From NCBI GenBank assembly GCA_963761675.1, contig CAVXIA010000001.1, positions 169,387 to 209,386 on the forward strand: a stretch of 40,000 bases of DNA, in the 5' to 3' direction. The notes below the pieces were generated by a model. That model was given only the letters and a program-made list of their open reading frames with translations. It was not told the DNA's origin and ran no database searches. How positions within the stretch are numbered: position 1 is the first letter of the stretch; every line of letters begins with the position of its first letter. The position numbers and the translations under genes were made by a program. The stretch comes from an uncultured Conexibacteraceae bacterium (GTDB taxonomy: Bacteria; Actinomycetota; Thermoleophilia; Solirubrobacterales; Solirubrobacteraceae). Positions 1 through 9,272 of this stretch are shown here, piece by piece.

Positions 1-658
1 GATGCGCGGCCAGCCCCGACGGGAAGCGCAGGTAACAGAAGACCACGTCCTCGACGCCCGCGCGCACGTAGGACTCTCCGTGAGCCACCGCCTCGGTCGG
101 CTCCTCGCCGGCAAGTGCCAGTACGACGGAGACGTCATGCGCCCCGAGCGACCACAGCGCGTTCTCGTCGGCGCGGAGCTTGCCTAGGTTCAGGCGGTTG
201 CCGTAGATGTAGTAGATCTGGCCGAGCTCGCCACTGTCGGCCAGCTCCTTCAGCTTCAACACACCGGGGTGGTACTCGAGCAGATGGCCGACCATCAGCA
301 CCCTGTCGGCCGTCCTCGCCGCTGCGACCGCACGCTCGGCATCGGCGACCGACTGCGCGAGCGGCTTCTCCACGAAGCAGTGCTTTCCCGCCTCCAGCAC
401 GCGTACTGCCAGATCGGCGTGTGTCGGCACCGGGGTCGCGAGCACGATCGCGTCGAGCTCGGGGTCACCGAGCAGGTCGTCGAGCGCACCGCTCACGCGC
501 ACACCCGGGAACTGGCGTGTCGCCCTGGCTCGGGCATCCTCGGAGCCGTCGCACACCCAGCGCAGCTGGCAGCCGGGAAGCCCGGCGAAGTTGCGAGCGA
601 GGTTCGGGCCCCAGTAGCCGAGCCCCGCCACCCCGACCTGGATCTTTTCGTCAGTCAT
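1..658 (-). CDS. Gfo/Idh/MocA-family NAD(P)-dependent oxidoreductase (3' end outside window)
   Basis: Not in the ORF track because no stop lies in the window. Manual minus-strand translation from ATG 658-656 gives MTDEKIQVGVAGLGYWGPNLARNFAGLPGCQLRWVCD...CFVEKPLAQSVADAERAV...MVGHLLEYHPG. This shows the N-terminal Rossmann GxGxxG and the EKP motif of this family. It lies 13 nt downstream of wecB on the same strand. Confidence 0.8.
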   Translation of the reverse strand, partial: MTDEKIQVGVAGLGYWGPNLARNFAGLPGCQLRWVCDGSEDARARATRQFPGVRVSGALDDLLGDPELDAIVLATPVPTHADLAVRVLEAGKHCFVEKPLAQSVADAERAVAAARTADRVLMVGHLLEYHPGVLKLKELADSGELGQIYYIYGNRLNLGKLRADENALWSLGAHDVSVVLALAGEEPTEAVAHGESYVRAGVEDVVFCYLRFPSGLAAH

Positions 659-670
659 CGGCAGGCGAGT

Positions 671-1783
671 CTACGTGGCGAAACCACGGCTCAGCGCCGC
701 GACCACGCGCTCACCCGCATGTCCGCCACCGTAAAGCTCTGGTCGCGCCGACGGGGGCGCAGCGGCCAGCGCCGTGCGGGCCGCCTCGAGGTCGAGGTCG
801 ACCAGCGTGTTCCAACCGGCCTGCACGGTCTCGGTCCACTCGGTGCTCGGCCGCAACGTGATGCATGGGACCGCCGCCAGGTATGCCTCCTTCTGCAGGC
901 CGCCGGAATCGGTGAGAACGGCGCGCGCATTGCACATCAGCGCGGTCAACTCGAGGTAGCCGAGCGGCTCGACGACCCGCACACCCTGCTCGAGCGGCTC
1001 GAGCAGCCTGGCCGCCTCGAGCCGGGCCCGGGTGCGGGGATGCAGCGGCAGCACCACCTCCGCGCCGATGCCGAGCAGCAGCTCGACCAGCGCGGACAGC
1101 CGCTGCGGGTCATCGACGTTGCCGGCGCGGTGCGCGGTCGCGAGCACGTAGCCGCCGGGTTCGAGCCCGTGCCCGCGTACGAGGTCCACGCGCTCACGGG
1201 CGCGCGGCTGCAGCGCCAGCGCAACGTCGACCATCACGTCGCCGACCAGCGCCACAGCGGGGCTGCTGGTCAGCGGACCAGCAGCCCCGGCGCGACCGAT
1301 GCCCTCGGCCGTGAGATTCGCGACAGCCACCTCTGAGGAGCACAGCAGCAGCGAACTCAGATGGTCGGTCAGGACGCGGTTGGTCTCCTCGGGCATGCGG
1401 CGGTCGAAGGAGCGCATGCCCGCCTCTACGTGCGCGACCGGGACGCCCTGCAACGCGGCGGCGAGCGCACCGGCAAGCGTCGAGTTGGTGTCGCCGTAGA
1501 CGAGGACGCAGTCCGGGGCCGCGTCCGCGACGACGGGCTCAAGCGCAGCGAGCATCCGCGCCGTCTGCGACGTATTGGAGCCGCCGGCGACCGCCAGCTG
1601 CACGTCCGGCGCGGGCAGGCCCAGCTCGGCGAAGAAGACAGCCGAGAGCCGATCATCGAAGTGTTGCCCGGTATGCACGAGCAACTCCCGCCCGCGGGCC
1701 CGCAGGCGCGGTGAGACCGCCGCCGCCTTGATGAACTGGGGGCGGTTGCCGATGACCGTGAGGACGTTCAGCGGTACGTCCAC
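671..1783 (-). CDS. wecB: UDP-N-acetylglucosamine 2-epimerase (non-hydrolysing)
   Basis: ORF 671..1843. Family-typical motifs are VIGNRPQFIKAAAV, HTGQHFD, VYGDTNSTLAGALAA, HVEAGMRSFDRRMPEE(T)N and LTDSGGLQKEAY. I prefer the GTG start at 1783, which overlaps pepT by 16 nt; the track start at 1843 would overlap it by 76 nt. Confidence 0.85.
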   Translation of the reverse strand: MDVPLNVLTVIGNRPQFIKAAAVSPRLRARGRELLVHTGQHFDDRLSAVFFAELGLPAPDVQLAVAGGSNTSQTARMLAALEPVVADAAPDCVLVYGDTNSTLAGALAAALQGVPVAHVEAGMRSFDRRMPEETNRVLTDHLSSLLLCSSEVAVANLTAEGIGRAGAAGPLTSSPAVALVGDVMVDVALALQPRARERVDLVRGHGLEPGGYVLATAHRAGNVDDPQRLSALVELLLGIGAEVVLPLHPRTRARLEAARLLEPLEQGVRVVEPLGYLELTALMCNARAVLTDSGGLQKEAYLAAVPCITLRPSTEWTETVQAGWNTLVDLDLEAARTALAAAPPSARPELYGGGHAGERVVAALSRGFAT

Positions 1784-3042
1784 GTCTCCGCGAGACGCAC
1801 GATCACGGCCGCCGACGCGGCCATGTCCTGCAGCGAGGCCCACTCCCGCACGGAGTGATACTCGTAGCCGCCGTCAAAGATGTTCGGCGTGGGTAGACCC
1901 ATGGCGGAGAGCCGCGAGCCGTCGGTGCCGCCGCGGATCGGATGCCGGATCGGCTCGATCCCCTCGGCACGGATCGCCTGCTCGCCGGCGGACACGACAT
2001 CAGGGTCGCCCTCGATGTAGCGGCGCATGTTCGGGTACTGATCGATCACGTCGAAGCTCAGACGCGCCTGGGGCACGGAGCCAACGGCCGCGTCCGCCGC
2101 CCGGCGCACGACCTCGATATAGGACTGCAGGAGCTGCTTATCGAAGTCGCGAACGATCAGCCTGACCTCGGCGTGTTCGGGGTTTCCGTGCATGGACACC
2201 GGGTGGATGAAGCCCTCGCGACCCGACGTTGTGTCGGGCGTGAGCCGTTCCTCTGGCAACGCGGCGACGATCTTGGCGGCCAACCGCAGCGCGCTCACCA
2301 GCCTGCCGGTGGCAAAGCCCGGATGCACGGATATGCCCCGGATGTTGATCCTGATCTCGGCGGCCTCGAAGCTCTCGTCCTGCAGCTCCCCCAGCTCCGA
2401 GCCGTCGATCGTGTAGGCGCAGCGCGCACCGAACCGCGGCACGTCGAACAGCGTCGCGCCGTGACCGACCTCCTCGTCGGGCGTGAAAGCGATCCGCAGC
2501 GTAGGCCGCGGTAGCTCTGGATGCGCAGCCAGATGGGCCACGGCCGCCATGATCGCCGCGACGCCCGCCTTGTCGTCGGCCCCCAACAGCGTGTCGCCGC
2601 TGCTGCTGACGATGTCATGCCCCACCCTGCTCGCGAGCGCCGGCATCCTGGCCGGGTCGAGCACGGTGCCCTGCCTCGGCAGCTCGATCACGCCGCCGTC
2701 GTAATCGCGATGCACGAGCGGCTCCACGCCCGCTCCGGGAGCCTCCGGGCTGGTATCGACGTGCGCGATCAGGCCGATAACCGGCGTGCCCGGCACCGTC
2801 GCGGTCAGGGTGGCATAGACGTAGCCGTGCTCGTCGAGCGCCGCGTCGACGACGCCGATCGCGTGCAGCTCGTGCACCAGCAGACGCTGCAGGTCGAGCT
2901 GGCCGGGTGTGCTGGGCGAGCGCTCACGGTCGACCTTCGCCTGGGTGTCAATCCGGACATAGCGGGTGAAGCGGTCCAGCAGATCGGCCGCCATCGCTTC
3001 GGCGAGCGGCGAGGTGAAGGCGGCGGACACGGCACCGATCAT
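1768..3042 (-). CDS. pepT: Peptidase T (tripeptide aminopeptidase, M20B)
   Basis: 424 aa. It contains FTRYVRIDTQ, GLIAHVDTSPE, LLGADDKAGVAAIM, FTPDEEVG and the C-terminal GGTDGS...GGYEYHS pattern characteristic of PepT. Confidence 0.85.
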   Translation of the reverse strand: MIGAVSAAFTSPLAEAMAADLLDRFTRYVRIDTQAKVDRERSPSTPGQLDLQRLLVHELHAIGVVDAALDEHGYVYATLTATVPGTPVIGLIAHVDTSPEAPGAGVEPLVHRDYDGGVIELPRQGTVLDPARMPALASRVGHDIVSSSGDTLLGADDKAGVAAIMAAVAHLAAHPELPRPTLRIAFTPDEEVGHGATLFDVPRFGARCAYTIDGSELGELQDESFEAAEIRINIRGISVHPGFATGRLVSALRLAAKIVAALPEERLTPDTTSGREGFIHPVSMHGNPEHAEVRLIVRDFDKQLLQSYIEVVRRAADAAVGSVPQARLSFDVIDQYPNMRRYIEGDPDVVSAGEQAIRAEGIEPIRHPIRGGTDGSRLSAMGLPTPNIFDGGYEYHSVREWASLQDMAASAAVIVRLAETWTYR

Positions 3043-3076
3043 GGCAAACTCGAGCGGCTCTGCGACCTTTCCGGGT

Positions 3077-5736
3077 CTACTGAACCCGCAGCTTGCGAGG
3101 CACGGTCAGGCGCCCGCCGAGGCGGTCGACAACCGTCACGGAGACGACACCGACAAGCGCGCCGCGCCTCCGCGTCGCGCCGCGTTCCCGCAGGGCACCG
3201 GGAGCGAACACAATCCGCACCGATGAGCGCGCTGATTCCAGATCGATCGTCAACGCTCGGCCGCTGAGCCGAATTCTGTGCGCGAGAGGATCCCCCGAGC
3301 CGCCGAGCACACCGATTGCTTGTGGCGAGCCCGCGAGTTCGAGCTCCGCAGGCAACGTGATCTGCAGCTCCCGCAGTGCGGGCTCGTATTGGCCCGATCG
3401 CAGGGTGATGCTGAACCCTGGCTGCGTCGGACTGCCGCCCGCCGTAGTGCTCACCTGCGGCCGGCGCTCAACCGACCAGATGAACTGGACGGCTCCGTGC
3501 CCGCCGGACGGCGTCGAGGCGGTGATCGTCACGTCGCGCAGACCAGGCCTCGCTGCCTGACCGCTGATCACGCCGGTCCTGCTGTTGAGGTGCAGGCCCT
3601 CGGGCAGACGGCTCGCGTGAAACTCGATCGGGCCTGACTGACCGGCGGCCAGGGTTGCGCTCAGGCGTGTGCGAATGGGCTGCTGGTAGAAGGAGTAGAC
3701 CGCCCCCGGGAAGTGGACTTTTATCGCCTGCCGACACAGCGCCGGCGCCAGCGCTGCGGCCTTGGGCGAGCCGAGACCGGTCGCCATGTCGTAGCCCACG
3801 GTGGCTGGATACAGCCCGGAGGTGTTGCCGTCTGGCGTGAAGTCGTTGTTCCCGACGGTGATGTCGTTGAAGTACGCCGCCTCGTTCTCGCCGGCGAGTT
3901 CGTACAGCCCTGGATCCGCAAACCCGACGAGCGTGCCACGGCAGGCCCGGTTTGCATCGGCCAGCGCGAGCAGAGCGGCCCAGACCGGCGCCGCGCCGCT
4001 GGTGCCACCTGTGCCCTGCCAGCCCGATTCGCTACGCGAAGTGTCGTTGTTGCCGTTCCAGTAGTCGAGATATGGGTACCTCGGGTCGGCATCCGCCGAG
4101 ACGTCGGGGACCTCGCGGCAGTAGCTTCCAGCGGCCAACGTGCAGGGAGCGCCGGAGGAATCGGTGTTGAGCACGGTGAGCGCCGAGGCCGCGCTGGACT
4201 GGTAGGCCGGCATCGCCCACAGCGACGAGATGCCGCCGCCGCCCGCGCCCTTCTCGATCCCGAAGCGGCTGTAATCGATGTTGGGGTCGTCGTCGTTCCA
4301 GACCGTCTCGGCCGGTGGAGGACCGACCGAGGTCATCGAGCTGCCGCCGACCGATGTGGCGAACGGCTGACTGCCCGGGTCGTCGACCTGCAGCGAGTTG
4401 TTCATGTTGCCGCCGGGTGGCGGGCTGTAGCAGTCCTCCGAGCCCGAGTCGCCGGCGGCGCTCACGAAGGTCTGCCCCTGGATCGCCGCCTCCTCCAGCA
4501 GCGTGTCCTCAGCGCGCGCGTCGGTTGCACCCTCGAGCGGCTCGCACTCGCCCCACGAGTTGGAAATCACCTGCGCCTGATCCTGGCTGACGATCGCGGC
4601 GAGCGTGTCGTAGGGACCGGTGCCGGGGTTGTCCGAATTGTTGTTCGGCCCCTGGTAGACCATCAGTTTCGCCTTCGGGGCCAGGCCGATCAGCTGCTCG
4701 ATGTCGAGCGCCGCTTCGCCCTCCCCGTTGCCGCTGCCGGCGCCGCCGTCAACCTTCACGTAGTTGACGGTCGTGTCAGTCCGGTAGCACCTCTGGTAAG
4801 CGGCGATGTCGCTCGGCGCGTCGGGCTCGAGCTCATAGACCGCGATCGTGACGCCCTGGCCGAGGTCACCGGACCGATACAGCCCGGAGAAGCCGTATGC
4901 GGTCGCGATCTGATCCGCCGTGTACGCGCCCTGCCCGGGCGCGATCTGGGCGGCCTGAATGCAGGGTCTCGGGCCACCGGTCGGGACATGTGCGGCGCTC
5001 GGCGAACCGCCGCCATGCGCGAACCGCCGCCATGCGAACCGCCGCCATGCGAACCGCCGCCATGCGAACCGCCGCCATGCGAACCGCCGCCATGCGAGAG
5101 ATCGAGCCGCCGCATGCGAGCGACGCTCGAGAGCCCCATCACGGCCTGCACCGAGGACACGGTATCTGCGTCGACGGCCGGCGCCTGCGCGTTGTAGATC
5201 GCGTCCCGCCCGTCGGCCAGACGCACGCGCACGAGCGTCAGCCTGAACGCCCGCTCGATCGCCGCTCCGCTTGCGCGGATGCCGATCGACAGGCCGTTGG
5301 CACTGACCCGACCCGGGCGCAGACCATGACGTCGCAGCGACGTCTCGACGCTTACGATCGCCTTGCGGGCCGGGGCAAACCGCGCGCGGAACTGCGCCGG
5401 AGTCAGGTAGCGGCGGTAGTCCGACGATGCCGGGTTGCTGACGCCACGGGCGTAGGCGTTCAGCGCCACCGGGTCGCGGGGCGCGAGCGCGACCGTGAGG
5501 TGCATCGTTCTGACCGCGGCCACCCCGGCGACCACCGACGTACCCGCAGGAAGCACCGGGACGGTGCCGATACGCACAGGCCTGCGGCCTGCCAGCCGTG
5601 TGCCGGCGCCGGTTCGAAGGGTGGTGGGGGCGCTGAGCGCCCGCGCACCGGCAGACCCCAAATCGGCTGCCCCCAGACCCGCGACGCACACGGCGGCTGA
5701 GCATGCGAGTCGTCTTGTTGCCCCCGGCGAGAACAC
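3077..5736 (-). pseudogene. Secreted S53 (sedolisin/kumamolisin-type) serine peptidase with C-terminal Ig-like domains; reading frame broken inside a 15-bp tandem repeat
   Basis: The signal peptide, pro-kumamolisin-like activation domain and (HGGGS)5 are in the frame of ORF 4756..5736. The catalytic domain (GEGEAALDIE, SAAGDSGSEDC, GGTSGAAPVWAAL) and Ig-like tail are in the frame of ORF 3077..5893. The frames switch at an extra CG (5018-5019) between repeat units. Confidence 0.8.
5003..5094. repeat. Six tandem copies of the 15-bp unit CGAACCGCCGCCATG (HGGGS on the minus strand), with a 2-bp CG insertion after unit 1
   Basis: Units read directly at 5003-5017, 5020-5034, 5035-5049, 5050-5064, 5065-5079 and 5080-5094. 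Confidence 0.95.
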
Positions 5737-5918
5737 GGCCTCTCGACGGTAGCGGCCCGCGATAAGAAATCCGGTTAGCTTCCTGCAGATTGCGGGTCAG
5801 CTGCGGCCACCGACCACGGGCGGGCGGAAGCCCGCAGCGGCGGTCGCAGCGGCGGTCGCAGCGCCAGCGACGGCACCTGGCGTGAGCGAGCATCTGAGAA
5901 CCGACCCCGGTCGCTAGG

Positions 5919-6578
5919 GTGCAGTCCGTGCCACTCGACGAGAGCTCCCCAACACCGGCCGGCGTCGTCCTCGGGGATGACGCCGTCGCCCGCTGCGCCT
6001 GGGCAGATTCGGCGCCCGAATACCGCGCCTACCACGACACCGAATGGGGCTTTCCGGTCTCCGAGGACCGCCGGCTGTTCGAGAAGCTGAGCCTCGAGGG
6101 CTTTCAGGCTGGGCTCTCCTGGCTGACGATTCTCCGCAAGCGGGAGGCGTTTCGCCGCGCTTTTGCCGAGTTCGATTTCATGGCCGTCGCCGAGTTCGGC
6201 GAGGGCGATGTCACCCGACTGCTCGGCGATACCGGGATCGTCCGTCATCGCGGGAAGATCGAATCCGTCGTCAACAACGCCCAGCGTGCGGTCGAGCTGG
6301 TCGCCCAGGAGGGCTCGCTTGCGGGCTTCCTGTGGTCCTTCGAGCCCGCTCCCCGCTCCCAGCGCCTCATGCGCGGTGATGTGCCCGCCACCAGCGACGC
6401 CTCGCGGTCTTTGGCCCGCGAGCTCAAGCGACGCGGCTGGCGGTTCGTCGGCCCGACCACCGTCTATGCATTCATGCAGGCGATGGGCCTGGTCAATGAC
6501 CACCTCACGGGCTGCCACGTCCGCGACGCGGCGGACGCCGCCCGTGACGCGTTCAGTGCGCCCGGCTCGAACAAGTAG
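5919..6578 (+). CDS. tag: DNA-3-methyladenine glycosylase I
   Basis: 219 aa. The motifs YHDTEWGFP, LFEKLSLEGFQAGLSWLTILRKREAFR, VRHRGKIESV and FVGPTTVYAFMQAMGLVNDH are diagnostic of Tag. Confidence 0.9.
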   Translation: MQSVPLDESSPTPAGVVLGDDAVARCAWADSAPEYRAYHDTEWGFPVSEDRRLFEKLSLEGFQAGLSWLTILRKREAFRRAFAEFDFMAVAEFGEGDVTRLLGDTGIVRHRGKIESVVNNAQRAVELVAQEGSLAGFLWSFEPAPRSQRLMRGDVPATSDASRSLARELKRRGWRFVGPTTVYAFMQAMGLVNDHLTGCHVRDAADAARDAFSAPGSNK

Positions 6579-6604
6579 GAAGCCCCCTGAGATCCGGCGT
6601 CCGG

Positions 6605-7105
6605 TCAGCGAGCGTGGTGGGCGAGTAGATGGCCGTTGCGATCCAGGAGGTACAGGATCCCCGCATAGATCGTGCCGGTCTTGGTGACTGCGATCCCGTC
6701 TTCTTGGAAGCCCTGGTCAGGCCAGTTGATACCAGCAAGCCTTGGGATCACAGTCAGATACGGCGTGATCCCGCGGGACCGGATTTCCTGGATCATGCCG
6801 CCGTGTGTCCCGGCAAGGATCTCGCCGTCAGGATCTAGGGTGAGCTGATCCGGCGTAGCTCACTCCCAGGTTCGTCAGCTTGCCTGCCGGGGGGAGTTCG
6901 TAGGTGAGCTTTGACGCGAAGCTTGAGATGAAGAGGTCCCCGGCGTGATTGAACGCCAGCGCATCCGGTTCGAAAACGACCTTGAGCGGGTGGGAGGCGT
7001 TGGCACGCGGAGGACCTCGCCGCGACTCCCGGCAACCCAGACGAGATGACCGGATGCCGAGATACGCCGGACCGGGGATCTGTCCCCGAGATAGATCTCG
7101 CTAGT
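6605..7105 (-). pseudogene. Decayed remnant of a beta-propeller (NHL/SMP-30-like repeat) protein gene
   Basis: Minus-strand translation gives three repeat-like pieces in three different frames. They are WTSEIYLGDRSPVRRISASGHLVWVAGSRGEVLRVP (about 7105-6990), PLKVVFEPDALAFNHAGDLFISSFASKLTYELPPAGKLTNLG (about 6990-6850) and LTLDPDGEILAGTHGGMIQEIRSRG...IYAGILYLLDRNGHLL (6859-6605). There is no intact N-terminus. Confidence 0.45.
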
Positions 7106-7120
7106 CCAACTAGAACTCGA

Positions 7121-8509
7121 TCAATGGACGAGCTCCCGCCTGGCCATCCAGGCCTGGGAGCCGACCTGCAGGGCGTCCCACGGGGAGCCGAGCGGCGGTG
7201 TGTAGGAGAGATCCAGGTCGGAGATTTCGTCGATTGCCATGACGTTGTGGATGGCGGTCGCGGCGATGTCGACCCGTTTGGCGATCTCGGAGCCGAGGTG
7301 GCCGAGGAGCTGGAAGCCGAGCAGCCTGCCGCTGTTGACATCGGCGGTGTAGCGCATCTGGATCGGGTGGCTGCCGGGGTAGTAGGCCTTGTGATCGTCG
7401 GCTTGGGACGCGACGGTCAGTGGGTCGAAATCGGCGCCGAGGGCTTCGTGGTCCCGCAGGCCGGTGCGGGCGATCACGAGGTCGAAGACCTTCACGACTT
7501 GAGTGCCAAGGCTTCCCGCGAATTCGCGCTCATGACCCAGGGCGTTCTCGGCAGCGATGCGCCCTTGTTTGTGCGCGGTCGTTCCGAGCGGAAGATAGGT
7601 GGTGCCGAGCAGCCGGTGGTGGGTCACGGCGCAGTCGCCGGCAGCGAACACATGCGGGAGATTGGTGCGCATCTGCTGGTCGACAGCGATCGCGCCTTTG
7701 ATGCCGAGTTCGGCGCCCGCGGCCGCTGCCAGTTCGGCCTCCGGACGGACCCCTACGACGACCAGCACGATGTCCGCCTCGTATCGGAGCGCTTGGTTGC
7801 CTGGCCCGGTGGCGTGCACGAGGAGCTGCCCGGCAGAGCCCGCGACCGTCTCGATGGCGTCGACTCGGGTGTCGCACGCGACGGTGACGCCGTGGCGTGC
7901 GAGTTCGACATGGACAAGCGCTCCGAGGTCCGGGTCGACCGTCGGGAGGACCTCAGGCAGCTGCTCGATCTGGGTGACTGATAGGCCGCGTGTCGTGAGG
8001 CCCTCGGCCATCTCAAGGCCGATGTAGCCGGCACCGACGATCACCGCGCGGCGGACGCCGGGCGGTTCGAGCGTTTGGGTCAACGCGAAGGTGTCGTCCA
8101 TCGAGTGCAGGAGATGGACACCATCTTCCGGCCCCAGCGTGTCCAGACCGGCGATCGGTGGACGCACGGGAACGGCGCCGGTTCCGATCATGAGAGCGTC
8201 GTAGGGCAGCTCGCCTTCACCTTCGGGGCCTGTGACCATGAGACGCCTACCTTCGACATTGATGCCGGTCGCGACGGTGTTGAGCCTCAGTTTCATCCCA
8301 GTCGCTTCAAGGTCCTCTCGGGTGCGGTGGGCTAGGTTGCGCCAGTGCGTGACCTCCCCGGAGATGTAGTAGGGAATGCCGCAGATCGAGAAGTTCGGGT
8401 ACTCGTCGGCGACGACCACGGTCACCTCTGCGCTGGGGTCGAGTTCGCGGGCACGAAGCGCTGCGCTGATCCCCGCGTCGCTGCCACCGACCGCGACCAG
8501 TCTCGTCAT
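7121..8509 (-). CDS. FAD-dependent pyridine nucleotide-disulfide oxidoreductase (CoA-disulfide reductase / NADH oxidase family)
   Basis: 462 aa. It has an N-terminal GGSDAG dinucleotide fold, a single redox Cys in NFSICGIPYY (CoADR/Nox-type), a second GAGYIGLE fold and a C-terminal dimerisation domain. Its start overlaps the MIP gene stop (8506-8509). Confidence 0.85.
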   Translation of the reverse strand: MTRLVAVGGSDAGISAALRARELDPSAEVTVVVADEYPNFSICGIPYYISGEVTHWRNLAHRTREDLEATGMKLRLNTVATGINVEGRRLMVTGPEGEGELPYDALMIGTGAVPVRPPIAGLDTLGPEDGVHLLHSMDDTFALTQTLEPPGVRRAVIVGAGYIGLEMAEGLTTRGLSVTQIEQLPEVLPTVDPDLGALVHVELARHGVTVACDTRVDAIETVAGSAGQLLVHATGPGNQALRYEADIVLVVVGVRPEAELAAAAGAELGIKGAIAVDQQMRTNLPHVFAAGDCAVTHHRLLGTTYLPLGTTAHKQGRIAAENALGHEREFAGSLGTQVVKVFDLVIARTGLRDHEALGADFDPLTVASQADDHKAYYPGSHPIQMRYTADVNSGRLLGFQLLGHLGSEIAKRVDIAATAIHNVMAIDEISDLDLSYTPPLGSPWDALQVGSQAWMARRELVH

Positions 8510-9234
8510 GTCAGTCCTTCCGGCTGGGTTTGGTGGGGCAGCATGACTTCAGCGGCCTCTTCCGCGGTGAAGTTCGGGTAGAGGTACCTGATCAGCCCGA
8601 TCGCGACGACTCCGCCGACCATCTGGGCGACGATGAACCCCGGCACCGACGCGGGTGCGATGCCGGCGAAAGTGTTGGAGAACATGCGGCCGATGTCGAT
8701 TGCCGGGTTCGCGAAACTGGTTGAGCTGGTGAAGAAGTACGCGGCGCCGATGTAGGCACCGACGGCTGCCGGGGCGGTCGAACCGCGTTTGGTGCGGGCG
8801 AGCGCGAAGATCACGAGCAGCAGCCCGAGCGTCGCGATCACTTCGGAGAACAGGTGTGCCGGGGAGGCTCGATGTTTGGTTGAGATGCTCACCAAAGCCT
8901 CGGAGAACATCGTGTTCGCCACGAGCGCGCCGAGGATGCAACCAGTGATCTGCGCGGGCGCGTAGGCGACTGCGTCACGCCAGCTCAAACCGCCGAAGCT
9001 TGCGTCGACGAACGAGACGACCGGGTTGAAGTGGCCGCCCGAGACCGGGCCGAACATCAGGATGATCACGAACAGGCCGGCGGCGGTCGCTGCGGCGTTC
9101 TCGAACAGCTGAAGGCCGACGTCACCTGGCGAAAGTTGGCTGGCGGCAATCCCGGAGCCGATGACCACGGCTGCAAGGAACGCGGAGCCAAGCAGCTCGG
9201 CGACCAGCCGCCGGTGAAGAGGAGCCTGGGTCAC
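8506..9234 (-). CDS. MIP-family channel (aquaporin/aquaglyceroporin-like, probable arsenite channel)
   Basis: 242 aa and about 6 TM segments. The two half-motifs are SGGHFNPVVSF (NPV instead of NPA) and SFANPAIDIGR. It sits inside the ars operon. Confidence 0.9.
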   Translation of the reverse strand: MTQAPLHRRLVAELLGSAFLAAVVIGSGIAASQLSPGDVGLQLFENAAATAAGLFVIILMFGPVSGGHFNPVVSFVDASFGGLSWRDAVAYAPAQITGCILGALVANTMFSEALVSISTKHRASPAHLFSEVIATLGLLLVIFALARTKRGSTAPAAVGAYIGAAYFFTSSTSFANPAIDIGRMFSNTFAGIAPASVPGFIVAQMVGGVVAIGLIRYLYPNFTAEEAAEVMLPHQTQPEGLT

Positions 9235-9272
9235 GAGCGTTCTATCGGGCGGCGGAGAACACGATATGGGGG

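Noticed and set aside
5003-5094. The tandem 15-bp repeat as a possible CRISPR or minisatellite element.
   Set aside because: There are no spacers and the units are contiguous. They are coding (HGGGS linker) inside the S53 peptidase gene.
5834-5869. The GCAGCGGCGGTC tandem (2.5 copies) upstream of the S53 gene as a regulatory repeat or a relative of the array-site arm (GCAGCGG).
   Set aside because: It is short, low-complexity and GC-rich, with no GATCGA core or palindromic partner. It was not distinguishable from chance slippage.
3077-5893. The 938-aa ORF as a single intact protein with an Arg-rich N-terminus and AWRRF x5 repeat.
   Set aside because: The first ~270 aa are an out-of-frame read of the real pro-domain, which is in the frame of ORF 4756..5736 and has a signal peptide and pro-kumamolisin-like sequence. 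Only the part downstream of the repeat is genuine in this frame.
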